Source: Alphaproteobacteria bacterium (GTDB taxonomy: Bacteria > Pseudomonadota > Alphaproteobacteria > SP197). Taken from it: 64,000 nt of DNA. Shown here piece after piece: positions 18,625-28,989 of this stretch; position 1 is the first letter of the stretch, and each line of letters begins with the position of its first letter. The translations under genes were made by a program, and so were the position numbers. Where the stretch lies: assembly GCA_965228895.1 (NCBI GenBank), contig OZ245842.1:2080001-2144000 (forward strand). The letters are read 5' to 3'. The notes beneath the pieces are model-generated. The model saw only the letters and a list, made by a program, of their open reading frames with translations. It searched no databases and had not been told where the DNA came from.

Positions 18625-19449
18625 GTGACGGATCCGGTGCTGAGCGTCGACGACGGCCCGCCCATTGAGGTGTTCAATCCCGATGGCCAGGCCGATTGTC
18701 TGGTGGTCTGCGATCACGCATCGAACAGGATTCCAGAGCGTTTTGCGAAGCTCGGTCTGGCCACTCAACACCTCGGCGAACACATCGCCTGGGATATCGG
18801 CGCCGCCGTCATGGCGCGGCGCTTGGCCGAGCGGCTCGACGCGCCTGCGATGCTGACGAGATTTTCGCGCCTTATCGTCGACTGCAACCGCTACCTCGAC
18901 CATCCCGCGGCCTTCGTTGCGGTCAGCGACGAGATCACCGTACCAGGCAACGCCGGACTGTCGGCAGAAGACAAAGAGGCCCGCGCCGCAGCGGTCTACT
19001 GGCCCTATCACGAGGCCATGGAGGCCTGGCTGGGTGATGCCGTGGCGAATGGGCGTGTCCCAACCCTTATCGCCTGTCACACGATGACGGATCGCATGCG
19101 CGGCAAGGACCACCGGCCCGAGGAAGTCACCGTATGCTGGGACCGAGACGCCCGTTTGGCGGTGCCGTTCATCGACAACCTGAAGGCAGTCGACGGTTTG
19201 GTTGTCGGCGATAACGTCCCTTATGGGCTCGACCTGGGCGAAGACTACACCGTGCCCGAGCACGCCATGCGCCGAGGATTGCCTCACTTGCAGTTCGAGG
19301 TGCGTCAGGATCTGGTCACCGAAGAGCGTGAAGCCGTGCGTTATGCCGACATACTGTATGACGCCATCGCCGAACCTCTGGCGTCATCTGACGCCCACCG
19401 TCTTGAGCACCATTGGCCGCTTGATAACGACATTCAGGTGCGCAGGTAG
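18625..19449 (+). CDS. N-formylglutamate amidohydrolase family protein (PA5509-like)
   Basis: VCDHASNRIP, HIAWDIGA, FSRLIVDCNR, PYH and FEVRQDL. GTG start just after the upstream stop. Confidence 0.88.
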   Translation: MTDPVLSVDDGPPIEVFNPDGQADCLVVCDHASNRIPERFAKLGLATQHLGEHIAWDIGAAVMARRLAERLDAPAMLTRFSRLIVDCNRYLDHPAAFVAVSDEITVPGNAGLSAEDKEARAAAVYWPYHEAMEAWLGDAVANGRVPTLIACHTMTDRMRGKDHRPEEVTVCWDRDARLAVPFIDNLKAVDGLVVGDNVPYGLDLGEDYTVPEHAMRRGLPHLQFEVRQDLVTEEREAVRYADILYDAIAEPLASSDAHRLEHHWPLDNDIQVRR

Positions 19450-20849
19450 ACGTCGTCCAGGCGTTCGATGTCGTCTTCGCCGAGATAACTGCCGCACTGG
19501 ATCTCAATCAGGCGCATGGGGTCGTCGCCCAGGTTCTCGAGCCGGTGGACGGCGCCCAGAGGCACAAAGGTCGACTGGTTGGGGCCGAGATCGCGGACGT
19601 CGTCACCGACGGTGATACGGGCCGTGCCGCTGACCACGGTCCAGTGCTCGGATCGATGGGCATGGCGTTGCAGTGACAGGCGGCCACCCGGCTTGACCAT
19701 GATGTGCTTGACCTGAAACCCGTCGCCCGCGTCGATACTCTCGTAGTAGCCCCAGGGCCGGTAGACCTTGGCGGGGTCGATCTGCTCGTTGCGGCCGCGC
19801 TTCTCAAGCTCGCCGACAACCTGCTTGATTTCGTCGAGCCGGTCGCGCGGCGCGACCAGGACGGCATCCTTTGTCGCGACCACGACCATGTTTTTGAGGC
19901 CCAATGCCGCGACCAGGGGCCCCGATGAGTCGATCAAGCTGCCCTCGACGCCGATGGTGAGCGTGTTCCCGCGCTCGACATTGGCGCTTCTTGACGCCGC
20001 GGAGCGGCGCCACAGCTCGCCCCAGGAACCAACGTCGCTCCAGTCGCAATCCAAGGTCGTCGTTGCGGCCTTGGCGGTGCGTTCCATCACGGCATAGTCG
20101 ATAGAGATGTCCGACGCCCGGCTGAAACTCGCCGCATCCAATCGGATAAAATCGAGATCCCTTACCGCATCGGCATGGGCCTGCCGGCACGCTGCGACCG
20201 TCTCGGCATCGAAGGCTTCCAGCTCGGCAAGATAGGTCTTGGCGGTAAAAAGGAAGATGCCGCTGTTCCAGGTATAGCCACCTTCCGCCAGATAACGCTC
20301 CGCTGTCTGACGGTCAGGCTTTTCCTTGAATGTCGCGACCGCCTGAACCCCGTCCGCGACCTCATTGTCAGCGGCTTTGATGTAGCCATACCCGATTTCC
20401 GCGCGGTCCGGCGTAACGCCGAAGGTGACAACGTAACCGTCGTTGGCGGCGGGCAGGGCGCGCAGGACCGATTGGCGAAAACCTTCCGCCCGTTGGATCG
20501 CGTGGTCTGACGACATGATCAACAGCGTCGTTTCGGGCGCCAAAAGGGCGGCTGCGGCGATTGCCGGCGCGGTGTTACGCGCAACCGGCTCCAGCACGAT
20601 TGCGCCAGGCTCTACGCCCACTTCGCGCATCTGCTCGGCGGCGAGGAAGCGGTGCTGATCGTTGGCAATCACGATCGGGCGGTCGAAACGGGGATCGTCG
20701 GCAACGCGCAGAACGGTATCCTGAATCAAGCTCAAGTCGCTGGCCAAGGGCAGAAACTGCTTGGGCATGGACCGCCGCGAGGCCGGCCACAGGCGCGTTC
20801 CCGCGCCGCCCGACAAGATAATGGGGGTAATGAGGGGGGCGTTGCCCAT
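19434..20849 (-). CDS. manC: Mannose-1-phosphate guanylyltransferase/mannose-6-phosphate isomerase
   Basis: ILSGGAGTRLWPASR..PKQF, EPVARNTAPA, FKEKPD, SIDYAVME, WSDVGSW and the cupin RPWG..LSLQRHAHRSEHW. Confidence 0.93.
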   Translation of the reverse strand: MGNAPLITPIILSGGAGTRLWPASRRSMPKQFLPLASDLSLIQDTVLRVADDPRFDRPIVIANDQHRFLAAEQMREVGVEPGAIVLEPVARNTAPAIAAAALLAPETTLLIMSSDHAIQRAEGFRQSVLRALPAANDGYVVTFGVTPDRAEIGYGYIKAADNEVADGVQAVATFKEKPDRQTAERYLAEGGYTWNSGIFLFTAKTYLAELEAFDAETVAACRQAHADAVRDLDFIRLDAASFSRASDISIDYAVMERTAKAATTTLDCDWSDVGSWGELWRRSAASRSANVERGNTLTIGVEGSLIDSSGPLVAALGLKNMVVVATKDAVLVAPRDRLDEIKQVVGELEKRGRNEQIDPAKVYRPWGYYESIDAGDGFQVKHIMVKPGGRLSLQRHAHRSEHWTVVSGTARITVGDDVRDLGPNQSTFVPLGAVHRLENLGDDPMRLIEIQCGSYLGEDDIERLDDVYLRT

Positions 20850-20891
20850 GCTGGCGATCGTCTCCAGTTGAATCCGCTCTGATGCTATGAA

Positions 20892-20957
20892 TAGAGCAGA
20901 TTCACCTGCTTTGACGGAATCGCGAAGCGACTTTATCAAAAAACGGGATCTGCTCTA
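20892..20957. repeat. Palindromic intergenic element, TAGAGC...GCTCTA family (copy A)
   Basis: TAGAGCAGATTCAC...GCGAAGC...GATCTGCTCTA with two GANTC sites; closely similar to the reverse complement of 39775-39838. Confidence 0.75.
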
Positions 20958-21000
20958 ACGGCGCGCGGACTTTACAAGGACGCCGGTCCGGCCGCAAAAG

Positions 21001-21804
21001 ATGACCATGTTTACGCTTTCCCAGATCGCGCGCGGCCTGACCCAACCGGGCAATGCTCTGGTTCTCCTGCTGGCCTTTGGCCTTCTTCTGACCCTGTGGC
21101 GGGGTACCCGGCGATCGGGCCACCGCGTGATGGGCGTTGCGGCCGTCTTGCTGGTGCTGATCATGCTCTTGCCGGTCGGCGCCTGGTTGCTGGTGCCGCT
21201 GGAGAACCGGTTTCCCCGGCCTGAGCCGATGCCGGAGACGGTCGCCGGCATTATTGTCTTGGGTGGTGGCCAGGATGCGCGGCTGACCGTCGACCGCGGG
21301 GCCGTCACGGTCAACGGCGCGGCCGAGCGCATGATCGAGGGCGTTGGCCTGATGGCGCGTTATCCCGACGCCGACGTTTACTTCACCGGTGGCCTGGGCG
21401 TGCCAGGCATGACCGAGGCCGATGTCGCGCGTGAGTTCTTCAGCCTGATGGGCGCCGACATGGACCGCATCCGTTTCGAGATGGGCGCACGAAACACTTA
21501 CGAGAACGCCATTTTGTTGCATGACCTCGTCGAACCTGCGCCGGGCCAGATTTGGCTTCTGGTGACGTCGGCATCGCACATGACCCGGTCTGTGGCGTCA
21601 TTCCGCCAAGCCGGATGGTCGGTGACCGCCTATCCGGTGGACTATCAGACGCCGCGAGCCGGCGATTGGCGGATCGGGTTCTCGGCATCCGGCCATCTGC
21701 GCGGCCTGGACATCGCGCTGCACGAATACATTGGCCTCATCGCCTATTGGGCGCTGGGCAGGATCGATGACCCCTGGCCTGGGCCGGAGGCGTCACCGGG
21801 CTAG
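21001..21804 (+). CDS. YdcF/ElyC/SanA family (DUF218) membrane protein
   Basis: N-terminal TM helices, IIVLGGG, FTGG, ARNTYENA, LVTSASHM, YPVDY and HEYIG. Confidence 0.88.
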   Translation: MTMFTLSQIARGLTQPGNALVLLLAFGLLLTLWRGTRRSGHRVMGVAAVLLVLIMLLPVGAWLLVPLENRFPRPEPMPETVAGIIVLGGGQDARLTVDRGAVTVNGAAERMIEGVGLMARYPDADVYFTGGLGVPGMTEADVAREFFSLMGADMDRIRFEMGARNTYENAILLHDLVEPAPGQIWLLVTSASHMTRSVASFRQAGWSVTAYPVDYQTPRAGDWRIGFSASGHLRGLDIALHEYIGLIAYWALGRIDDPWPGPEASPG

Positions 21805-22772
21805 AGCTTGTGATAGTCGCGGTACCAGTCGACGAAGCGCGGAATGCCGTCGTCGATGGTCGTCGCGGGCTCGAAGCCCAAGTCGTTCCGGCTGGCTTCG
21901 ATATCGGCGTAGGTCTCCTTGACGTCGCCCGGCTGCATCGGTTCCAGGATAATTTCGGCCTTCAGTTGCAAGGCCTGTTCGATGACGTTGATGAAACGCA
22001 TCAACGGCTCGCTCTTGTGGTTGCCGAGGTTGTAGATCCGGTGCGGCGGTGAATCGTCGGGGATGTTATCCAGGCTGGCAAGGACACCGGCGACGATGTC
22101 GTCGATATAGGTGAAGTCGCGCATCATATCGCCGTTGTTGAACACCCTAATCGGGCGGCGTTCCGAGATCGCCTTGGTGAATATGAAGGCCGACATGTCC
22201 GGTCGGCCCCAGGGACCGTACACCGTGAAGAATCGCAGGCCGGTCGCCGGAATGCCGTAGAGATGGCTATAGCAGCGCGCCATCAATTCGCCCGCGCGCT
22301 TGGTCGCGGCATAGAGCGAGACCGGATTGTCGACCCGGTCGTCGACCGAGAACGGGATATCGGTGTTGCCGCCGTAGACCGACGATGAGCTGGCGTAGAC
22401 CATATGTTTCATGCCGTCGACATGGCGCGCCAGCTCAAGCATGTTGAGATGACCTTCGACATTGGCGCTCGTGTAGTCGTGCGGATGATCAAGCGAATGG
22501 CGAACGCCCGCCTGCGCGGCCAGATGCACGATCCGATCGATGTCTGGATGGCTGCTGGAAAGCGCTGAAACCGCGTCTTTGTCGGCGATATCAAGACGCT
22601 CGAAGGTGAAACCCTTCTGGTCGGTCAGCGTCGCAAGCCGAGCCTCTTTGAGATTCACATCGTAATAGGTGTTGAGGTTGTCGATGCCGACGACCTCATC
22701 ACCGCGCGCCAACAGTGCGCGCGACACGTGGGATCCGATGAAACCGGCCGCGCCGGTCACGAGGACACTCAT
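21801..22772 (-). CDS. NAD-dependent epimerase (UDP-glucuronate 4-epimerase-like)
   Basis: TGAAGFIG, HLAAQAGVR, YASSSSVYG, YAATK and GLRFFTVYGPWGRPDM. Confidence 0.92.
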   Translation of the reverse strand: MSVLVTGAAGFIGSHVSRALLARGDEVVGIDNLNTYYDVNLKEARLATLTDQKGFTFERLDIADKDAVSALSSSHPDIDRIVHLAAQAGVRHSLDHPHDYTSANVEGHLNMLELARHVDGMKHMVYASSSSVYGGNTDIPFSVDDRVDNPVSLYAATKRAGELMARCYSHLYGIPATGLRFFTVYGPWGRPDMSAFIFTKAISERRPIRVFNNGDMMRDFTYIDDIVAGVLASLDNIPDDSPPHRIYNLGNHKSEPLMRFINVIEQALQLKAEIILEPMQPGDVKETYADIEASRNDLGFEPATTIDDGIPRFVDWYRDYHKL

Positions 22773-22850
22773 GTGGTCTTTCCCGTCGATTGAGCCCGAT
22801 CGTCGCCCACAAACGGCGGGGAACTGGCGGACAAGCGCTCTTGGTGCTGT

Positions 22851-23891
22851 CTAGCGGTGACGTTCGTCGAACGCAAGGCTGTCGGCGCCACGCTGGTAAA
22901 CCCCGCCGCGACTGTTGAGAACCGGTTGGAAACCCAGCGAACGCAGGACGTCGCGCGTATGACCGATCCCGCGGGTCGTGGCCGCCGTCTCATAGTTGAA
23001 GAGACTTGCCGGATCGGCGGCGCGCAGGGCCGCCGCATCGAGCAGGATGTGCGCGGGGTCGAAGGGCGGTCCGACCGGCGCGAACACGGCGCGCTTCGCA
23101 ATGGCGGCAGGCAAGGCCTCCAGATTGCGCTCCAAAGCCGACGTATAGCCATAAGAACTCTCGACGCAGACCCGGTTGAGCGGCGCGTGCTCAAGCAGAT
23201 GGCCCAGAATGCCGGCGATGTCGACATTGCCGGTCCCACAGGCGACGCCGACCACCCGGTAACCATCGTCGGTCTTGGCCAGCACATGGTCTTTCAAGTG
23301 GACCGCGTGCACCCACGGCGCCATGGCCGCCGCCGCGTCGACCGGGTCTTCGACGACGTTCATGGAGTTGCCGAAGTCATAGAGTGCCTGGACTGCCGGA
23401 TGATTTACGGTATCAAGGATCTCAGCGACCTCAGCACCGGTGAACTCTTCGTGGTTCTCCAACAGCAGCATGATGCCCTGATCGGCGACCCGGACCGCCG
23501 CTTGCTTTAGATCCGCAACCGTCTTGGCCATGATTTCCGCGGTCGTGCCGGTATGACGTGTGTAGGTCCTCAGCTTGTCCGCACCGATCTGCCGCGCGGC
23601 CATCGCCATGGTAGCCAGGTGATCGGGGTCGGTGCCGGACGTATCCGTCTCGACAAAAAATCCGGCATCGCTGGCGGCCTCGGCGATCGCGGCAAGGCGT
23701 GCTGGATCGGTGCCGCCGGCGCAGCGAAAGTTTTGGCCGTTCATGCTGATGTGAACACCGGCAACGCCCAGGTCGACGGCCCGATCGATGAAGGCGAAGG
23801 CATCGAAGCCCGGCTGGTGCAGAAAGTGCTGCTCGAAGCAGAATGTGTGCAGGCCGATGCGCACTGTCTGGGTGGTCTCGGGTGTCGGCAT
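22851..23891 (-). CDS. Sugar phosphate isomerase/epimerase family (xylose isomerase-like TIM barrel)
   Basis: Metal-ligand pattern LENH, YDFGN, VHLKD and terminal E (CVES). Confidence 0.78.
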   Translation of the reverse strand: MPTPETTQTVRIGLHTFCFEQHFLHQPGFDAFAFIDRAVDLGVAGVHISMNGQNFRCAGGTDPARLAAIAEAASDAGFFVETDTSGTDPDHLATMAMAARQIGADKLRTYTRHTGTTAEIMAKTVADLKQAAVRVADQGIMLLLENHEEFTGAEVAEILDTVNHPAVQALYDFGNSMNVVEDPVDAAAAMAPWVHAVHLKDHVLAKTDDGYRVVGVACGTGNVDIAGILGHLLEHAPLNRVCVESSYGYTSALERNLEALPAAIAKRAVFAPVGPPFDPAHILLDAAALRAADPASLFNYETAATTRGIGHTRDVLRSLGFQPVLNSRGGVYQRGADSLAFDERHR

Positions 23892-23893
23892 TG

Positions 23894-24877
23894 TCAGGAT
23901 CCGTATTGCGACAACATGTCGCAGAAAACAGTGTGGTCGACATTGCCGCCCGATGCGACGACGGCGACCGACTTGCCGTCCAGGGGCAACTTGCCGCTGG
24001 TGACCGCGGCCAGCGCAGCCGCGCCGCCGGGTTCCAGGACTATTTTGAGATAGCGGAAGGCAAGCGCCATGGCGCTGCCCACATCGTCTTCGCTGACCGC
24101 AAAGCCATCGGTCACAAGTCGGCGGTTGATGGCGAACGTCAGTTCACCGGGCGTCGAAGCGAGCAGGGCATCACACAGCGACGGCGTAACCGTCTCGATC
24201 CGTTGCCGCGTGCCTGCTTCAAGCGAACGCTTGGTATCGTCCCAACCTTCGGGTTCGGCGGTATGGATTGTCGCGCCGGGTAGACGTTCACCAAGGGCGA
24301 CGGCGCTTCCGGCGGTCAGGCCGCCGCCACCGCAGCACACGACGACGTGGTCGAGAGCCACGCCGCGTTCCCCGGCCTGTTCGGCAATCTCGAGGCCCAC
24401 CGTGCCTTGTCCCGCTATGATTTGGGGGTCGTCATAAGGTGGAACGACGGCACGGCCCTGTTCCCGGGCGATTTCGAGGGCGATGGTTTCCCGGTCGGCC
24501 CCGTGGCGCGGATAGGTCACGACCTCCGCGCCCCAGGCGCGGGTGTTGTCGAGTTTCACCGCCGGTGCGTCGTCCGGCATCACGATCACCGCAGGCGTCT
24601 TGAGGAAACGCGCGGCCGCAGCCACGCCCTGGGCGTGATTGCCCGATGAATAGGCGACAACACCGCGCTCTCTGGCTGCCGCATCGAGCTGGCTGATTTT
24701 GTTGAAGGCGCCACGAAACTTGAACGAGCCGGTCAGCTGCAGGTTCTCGGCCTTGACCAGTAACCGGCCGCCAAGCCGTTCGTTGAGCAATGGCGCTTCG
24801 AGCAGGGGCGTCACGACTGCTTGGCCGCGCAACCTCTCAGCGGCCGCCTCGATGTCGCTGAAACCAGGCTCGTTCAT
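23894..24877 (-). CDS. Threonine/serine dehydratase family PLP enzyme
   Basis: KAENLQLTGSFKFRGA, SSGNHAQG, AGQGT, GGGGL and SGGN. Confidence 0.9.
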   Translation of the reverse strand: MNEPGFSDIEAAAERLRGQAVVTPLLEAPLLNERLGGRLLVKAENLQLTGSFKFRGAFNKISQLDAAARERGVVAYSSGNHAQGVAAAARFLKTPAVIVMPDDAPAVKLDNTRAWGAEVVTYPRHGADRETIALEIAREQGRAVVPPYDDPQIIAGQGTVGLEIAEQAGERGVALDHVVVCCGGGGLTAGSAVALGERLPGATIHTAEPEGWDDTKRSLEAGTRQRIETVTPSLCDALLASTPGELTFAINRRLVTDGFAVSEDDVGSAMALAFRYLKIVLEPGGAAALAAVTSGKLPLDGKSVAVVASGGNVDHTVFCDMLSQYGS

Positions 24878-25563
24878 GGGCCGGCCAAGAGAGGCAGCAA
24901 CTCGTTCAACTGGCTGATTTCAGCTTTTGGAGTGCCAGGCAGGCGTTCGCGCGGTTGACCGAAACGGTTGATCCAGACGACCTGGAATCCGTAGTTCGCC
25001 GCGCCCGCCACATCCCATGCATTCGACGATAGAAAACAGATCTCTTGCGATGCCAGGCCAAAGGCCTGGTTGGCCATGCGATAGGTGTTGGAGTCCGGTT
25101 TGAAGATACCGCAGGCCTCGACCGAGAGGACATGGTCAAACAAAGGAACCAGACCCGCGTTCTCGACGGCGGCCCGCAGCATGGTTGGTGCGCCGTTGGA
25201 GAGGATGGCCAGCGATAACCCGCGCTCGCGCAGAACCGCCAGCGTCTCCGGCACCTCGTCATAGGCGTCGAGCGCGAGATAGGCCTGCATCAAATCGTCC
25301 TTGAGCCCGTCGTCGCTGATGCCGGCGTCGGCAAAGGCGTAGTCGAGGGCATCCGCCGTGACCTGCCAGAAATCGGCGTGCCGGCCCATAAGGCTGCGCA
25401 GCCACGTGTATTCCAGCTGTTTCTGGCGCCACAGCCCTGAAACGGCATCGGCATGGCCACCCAAACGCTCGCGGTGGCGTCCTACCGCGGAATGCACATC
25501 GAACAAGGTCCCATAAGCGTCAAAGGCGCATGCTTTGACGCCGACGATCGGTGTCGAACCCAT
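24874..25563 (-). CDS. Haloacid dehalogenase, type II
   Basis: FDAYGTLFDV, WRQKQLEYTW, ILSNG, FKP and SSNAWDVAGA. Confidence 0.9.
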   Translation of the reverse strand: MGSTPIVGVKACAFDAYGTLFDVHSAVGRHRERLGGHADAVSGLWRQKQLEYTWLRSLMGRHADFWQVTADALDYAFADAGISDDGLKDDLMQAYLALDAYDEVPETLAVLRERGLSLAILSNGAPTMLRAAVENAGLVPLFDHVLSVEACGIFKPDSNTYRMANQAFGLASQEICFLSSNAWDVAGAANYGFQVVWINRFGQPRERLPGTPKAEISQLNELLPLLAGP

Positions 25564-25701
25564 GGTTTGCCCTTCTTGACGTTCGGCGCGAAGCTAACCG
25601 AGCCTCACGATCTTGGCGAGCCTTGCTTGCAGCGCGACGTTACCTGGCATTATGGTGCGCCGATTCTGACCTTCCGCCATCATCAGCCCATGGAGAGTAC
25701 G

Positions 25702-26577
25702 ATGTTCAAGGGGTCTTTCGTTGCCCTCGTCACGTTGTTCCGAAACGGGCAGGTGGACGAGAAAGGTTATCAGGACTTCGTCAACTGGCAGATCGAGCAG
25801 GGGACCAACGGCCTGGTGCCGATGGGCACCACCGGTGAATCGCCCACCTTGTCGCACGATGAGGATATGCGCGTCGTCAAGCTGTGCATCGAGGCCGCCG
25901 GCGGGCGTGTCCCGGTTATCGCGGGAACCGGCTCCAATTCGACGGCGGAATGCATCGAACTGTCGCAAAGCGCCAAGGAGGCGGGCGCGGACGCGGTGCT
26001 GATCGTCACCGGCTACTACAACAAGCCGACCCAGGAAGGGCTTTACCAGCACTACAAGGCGGTAAACGACGCCGTCGACATTCCGATCGTCGTCTACAAC
26101 ATTCCCGGGCGCACCGGCGTCGACATCTCGGTCGAGACCATGGCCCGCATCGCCAGTCTGCCGAATGTCGTCGGGTGCAAGGAATCAACGGCAGCCGCCG
26201 ATCGGGTGTCCAAGCAACGGGCGCGCATTGGAACAGGGTTTTGCCAATTGTCCGGCGAAGACGCGGCCGTCCTCGGCCTGCTGGGCATGGGCGGTCACGG
26301 CTGCATCTCGGTCACCGCGAACGTCGCGCCGGCGCTGTGCTCGGCCATGCACAGGGCTTGGCACGAAGGCGAGCATGAAGCGGCGCGTGAAATCCAGGAT
26401 CGTCTGATGCCGCTGCACGAGTCTCTCTTCGCCGAAACCAGCCCCGCACCAATCAAGTTTGCGGCGTCGTTGTTGGGTTATGGTGATGGCTCGGTGCGTC
26501 TGCCGCTGGTCGAGCCGGGGCCGGCGACCAAGGAGCGGGTTGCCCAGGCCATGCGTGGCCTTGGGTTGATCGCGTAA
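25702..26577 (+). CDS. dapA: 4-hydroxy-tetrahydrodipicolinate synthase
   Basis: [38 protein letters not shown] and LSGED. Confidence 0.95.
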   Translation: MFKGSFVALVTLFRNGQVDEKGYQDFVNWQIEQGTNGLVPMGTTGESPTLSHDEDMRVVKLCIEAAGGRVPVIAGTGSNSTAECIELSQSAKEAGADAVLIVTGYYNKPTQEGLYQHYKAVNDAVDIPIVVYNIPGRTGVDISVETMARIASLPNVVGCKESTAAADRVSKQRARIGTGFCQLSGEDAAVLGLLGMGGHGCISVTANVAPALCSAMHRAWHEGEHEAAREIQDRLMPLHESLFAETSPAPIKFAASLLGYGDGSVRLPLVEPGPATKERVAQAMRGLGLIA

Positions 26578-26584
26578 CGGCGCC

Positions 26585-27061
26585 ATGGCCAAAAAGAAGG
26601 CCGAACCGACGAGCCTGACTGTGGCGCGTAACCGCAAAGCGCGCCGTGACTACTTCCTGGACGAGGAGTTCGAGGCCGGCATCCAATTGACCGGTACCGA
26701 GGTGAAGTCGCTGCGTGAGGGCCGGGCGACCATCAACGAGGCGTTCGCGCGAGAGAAGGATGGCGAGATCTGGCTTGAAGGGATGCATATCCCCGAATAC
26801 GACCCCGCAGGCCGGACCAACCACGAACCCAACCGGTCGCGCAAGCTGCTGCTGCACCGGCGCGAGATCAGCCGCCTGATCGGCGCCACGAACCGCTCGG
26901 GGCAGACACTCGTGCCTTTGAGCCTCTACTTTAACCGGCGCGGCATTGCGAAGGTCTCGTTGGCTCTGGCCCGCGGTAAACATACGTATGACAAGCGCCA
27001 AGCGGTCCGTGACCGCGACTGGCAGAGGCAGAAAGCAAGGCTTTTGCGCGACCGCGGCTGA
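26585..27061 (+). CDS. smpB: SsrA-binding protein
   Basis: [30 protein letters not shown] and GKHTYDKR. Confidence 0.97.
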   Translation: MAKKKAEPTSLTVARNRKARRDYFLDEEFEAGIQLTGTEVKSLREGRATINEAFAREKDGEIWLEGMHIPEYDPAGRTNHEPNRSRKLLLHRREISRLIGATNRSGQTLVPLSLYFNRRGIAKVSLALARGKHTYDKRQAVRDRDWQRQKARLLRDRG

Positions 27062-27075
27062 CCGCCGGGCCTTCC

Positions 27076-27708
27076 TTAGAGCTGTTCTTGAATCTGGGCA
27101 AAGACGGCCTCGAACATGGCGGGTGTCAGGCGGCCGGTGTTCGTGTTGAGACGCGAGCAATGGTAGCTATCGACCAGCTTTAGGTCGTCACCGACATCGT
27201 GATCAGCGGCGTGGCCAAAACGAAATTGCGATTGTTTGTGGCCCAACGCCCGCAGCACCGCGTTATGGGAGATGCCGCCGAGTGCCAAGATTACGCGCAG
27301 CTTGGTCATGGCACCGAGCTCGCGCGCCAGAAAGCCGTTGCAGGCGCTGATTTCGCTGCCGATGGGTTTGTTCTGAGGCGGCACGCACCGAACCGCATTG
27401 GTGATGCGGCTGTTGATCAACCGAAGACCATCATCAGGGCGCGCTTCAAACACACCTTCGGCGAAGCCGGTCTTGATCAGCGTGGGATAAAGCAGATCTC
27501 CCGCGCCATCGCCGGTGAACGGCCGGCCGGTCCGGTTGGCGCCTTTCAGGCCCGGCGCCAAGCCAACGACCAGCAATTGCGCGTCTCGCGGGCCGAACGC
27601 GGGGACGGGCGCGTTGTGCCAATCGGGGTGGCGCCCCCGGATATCCAGCCGAAAGTCGACCAGGCGCGGACAAAGCGCGCAGTCCCGAGCCGGCGCGAAC
27701 CCGCTCAC
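27076..27708 (-). CDS. Uracil-DNA glycosylase (family 5, Fe-S)
   Basis: CALCPRL, GLAPGLKGANRTGRPFTGD, NAVRCVPPQNKP and YHCSRLNTNTG. Confidence 0.92.
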   Translation of the reverse strand: MSGFAPARDCALCPRLVDFRLDIRGRHPDWHNAPVPAFGPRDAQLLVVGLAPGLKGANRTGRPFTGDGAGDLLYPTLIKTGFAEGVFEARPDDGLRLINSRITNAVRCVPPQNKPIGSEISACNGFLARELGAMTKLRVILALGGISHNAVLRALGHKQSQFRFGHAADHDVGDDLKLVDSYHCSRLNTNTGRLTPAMFEAVFAQIQEQL

Positions 27709-28322
27709 GACGTGCGAATGACCACCGCTTCCTCGTCCTCGTCCTCGTAATCCTCGTAGCCGTCGTCCGCACGATCGGTGGAACGTTCGACATACTTGCG
27801 GGCGATGACATCGGCGATATCGGCGATATCAATGAAGTTGTCGGCTTGGCGGCGCAAATCATCGGCCACCATGGGCGGTTGGGTTTTGAGACTGCTGACC
27901 ACGGTAACCCGGGTGCCCTTGCGCTGAACCGCCTCGACCAGGGAGCGGAAATCGCCGTCACCGGAAAACAAGACCGCGTGATCCATGAAATCGGCCATTT
28001 CCAGCATGTCGATCGCCAGCTCGATATCCATGTTGCCTTTGATCTTGCGCCGCCCCATGGCGTCGGTGAACTCGCGGGTCGGCTTCGTTACCATGGTATA
28101 GCCGTTGTAATCGAGCCAGTCGATGAGAGGCCGGATCGGCGAATACTCTTGATCATCTACCAGGGCGGTATAATACATGGCACGAATTAGACGGCCGCGA
28201 TTAGAGAATTCTTCTTTGAGTAACCTGTAATCTATATCAAATCCTAATGATTTTGCTGTTGCGAAAAGATTGGCGCCATCAATAAACAAAACCATCCGCT
28301 CTTCATTATAAAATTTTACCAT
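27705..28322 (-). CDS. NYN domain-containing protein (LabA/DUF88)
   Basis: FIDGANL, KGNMDIELAID, FSGDGDF and LRRQADNF; conserved alphaproteobacterial position near folK-rpoZ. Confidence 0.92.
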   Translation of the reverse strand: MVKFYNEERMVLFIDGANLFATAKSLGFDIDYRLLKEEFSNRGRLIRAMYYTALVDDQEYSPIRPLIDWLDYNGYTMVTKPTREFTDAMGRRKIKGNMDIELAIDMLEMADFMDHAVLFSGDGDFRSLVEAVQRKGTRVTVVSSLKTQPPMVADDLRRQADNFIDIADIADVIARKYVERSTDRADDGYEDYEDEDEEAVVIRTS

Positions 28323-28989
28323 ATTATTTGTTCTTCCGTTCTTACAATTGCTAAGTCGACGGTTTGGTTGTGCATCCGCAGTGTTTGTTCGCTTGTCTGA
28401 CAGCGCGGTAGCAACAGATGTGTTTTAGTTCTCGTTGGTGACTGTTCGCAAGTCGGCGTGTGGGCAAACAGGTCGAGGACATAAGCTTTGCGACGTATAG
28501 GCGAGTACCGGGCGGTGTGTTGCAATCGCAATGGCTCGTGCCTGCCGGTCCCAACCACATTTTCGGCGCCCGTGACGGCTGGCGCACCTATGTTTTCACG
28601 CTGTCATACAGTCGCAATAGGTGCTGACTCGCGCACTTCCAACTATCGATCTAGTCGAGTACTTACCACCTCTGATGCTGTGGGTAGATTTGGTGTAGGG
28701 CCATGGCCGGGTGGGGTACGTCGCATGTTCGGATGCTTCTTGGGCCGAGGCTTGTTAACCTTTTTTCTAACGATCTCAATGTGTTCGACCGTCAGGTTGC
28801 GGCAGGCGGGCATGTCGTTGATCTTAAGTAACCAAGTTTTGAAGTAACGAGACGATCGGCACGCGAGATGGATGGTGTGAGCAAAACCATACACCAGCGG
28901 CCCCGGGGGAAAGAAGCGGGGCAGCATGCGCGTTGCGTTCTGAGTTTCTGTGAGACCGCCGAAGAACGATGTCATCCGGTGTCTGTGTC

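Noticed and set aside
26585-27100. Possible tmRNA next to smpB
   Set aside because: Only 14 bp separate smpB from the UDG gene, and no tRNA-like ends were seen.
28643-28975. 110-aa minus-strand ORF in the NYN-adhesin intergenic region
   Set aside because: No motifs or SD; more likely regulatory DNA.
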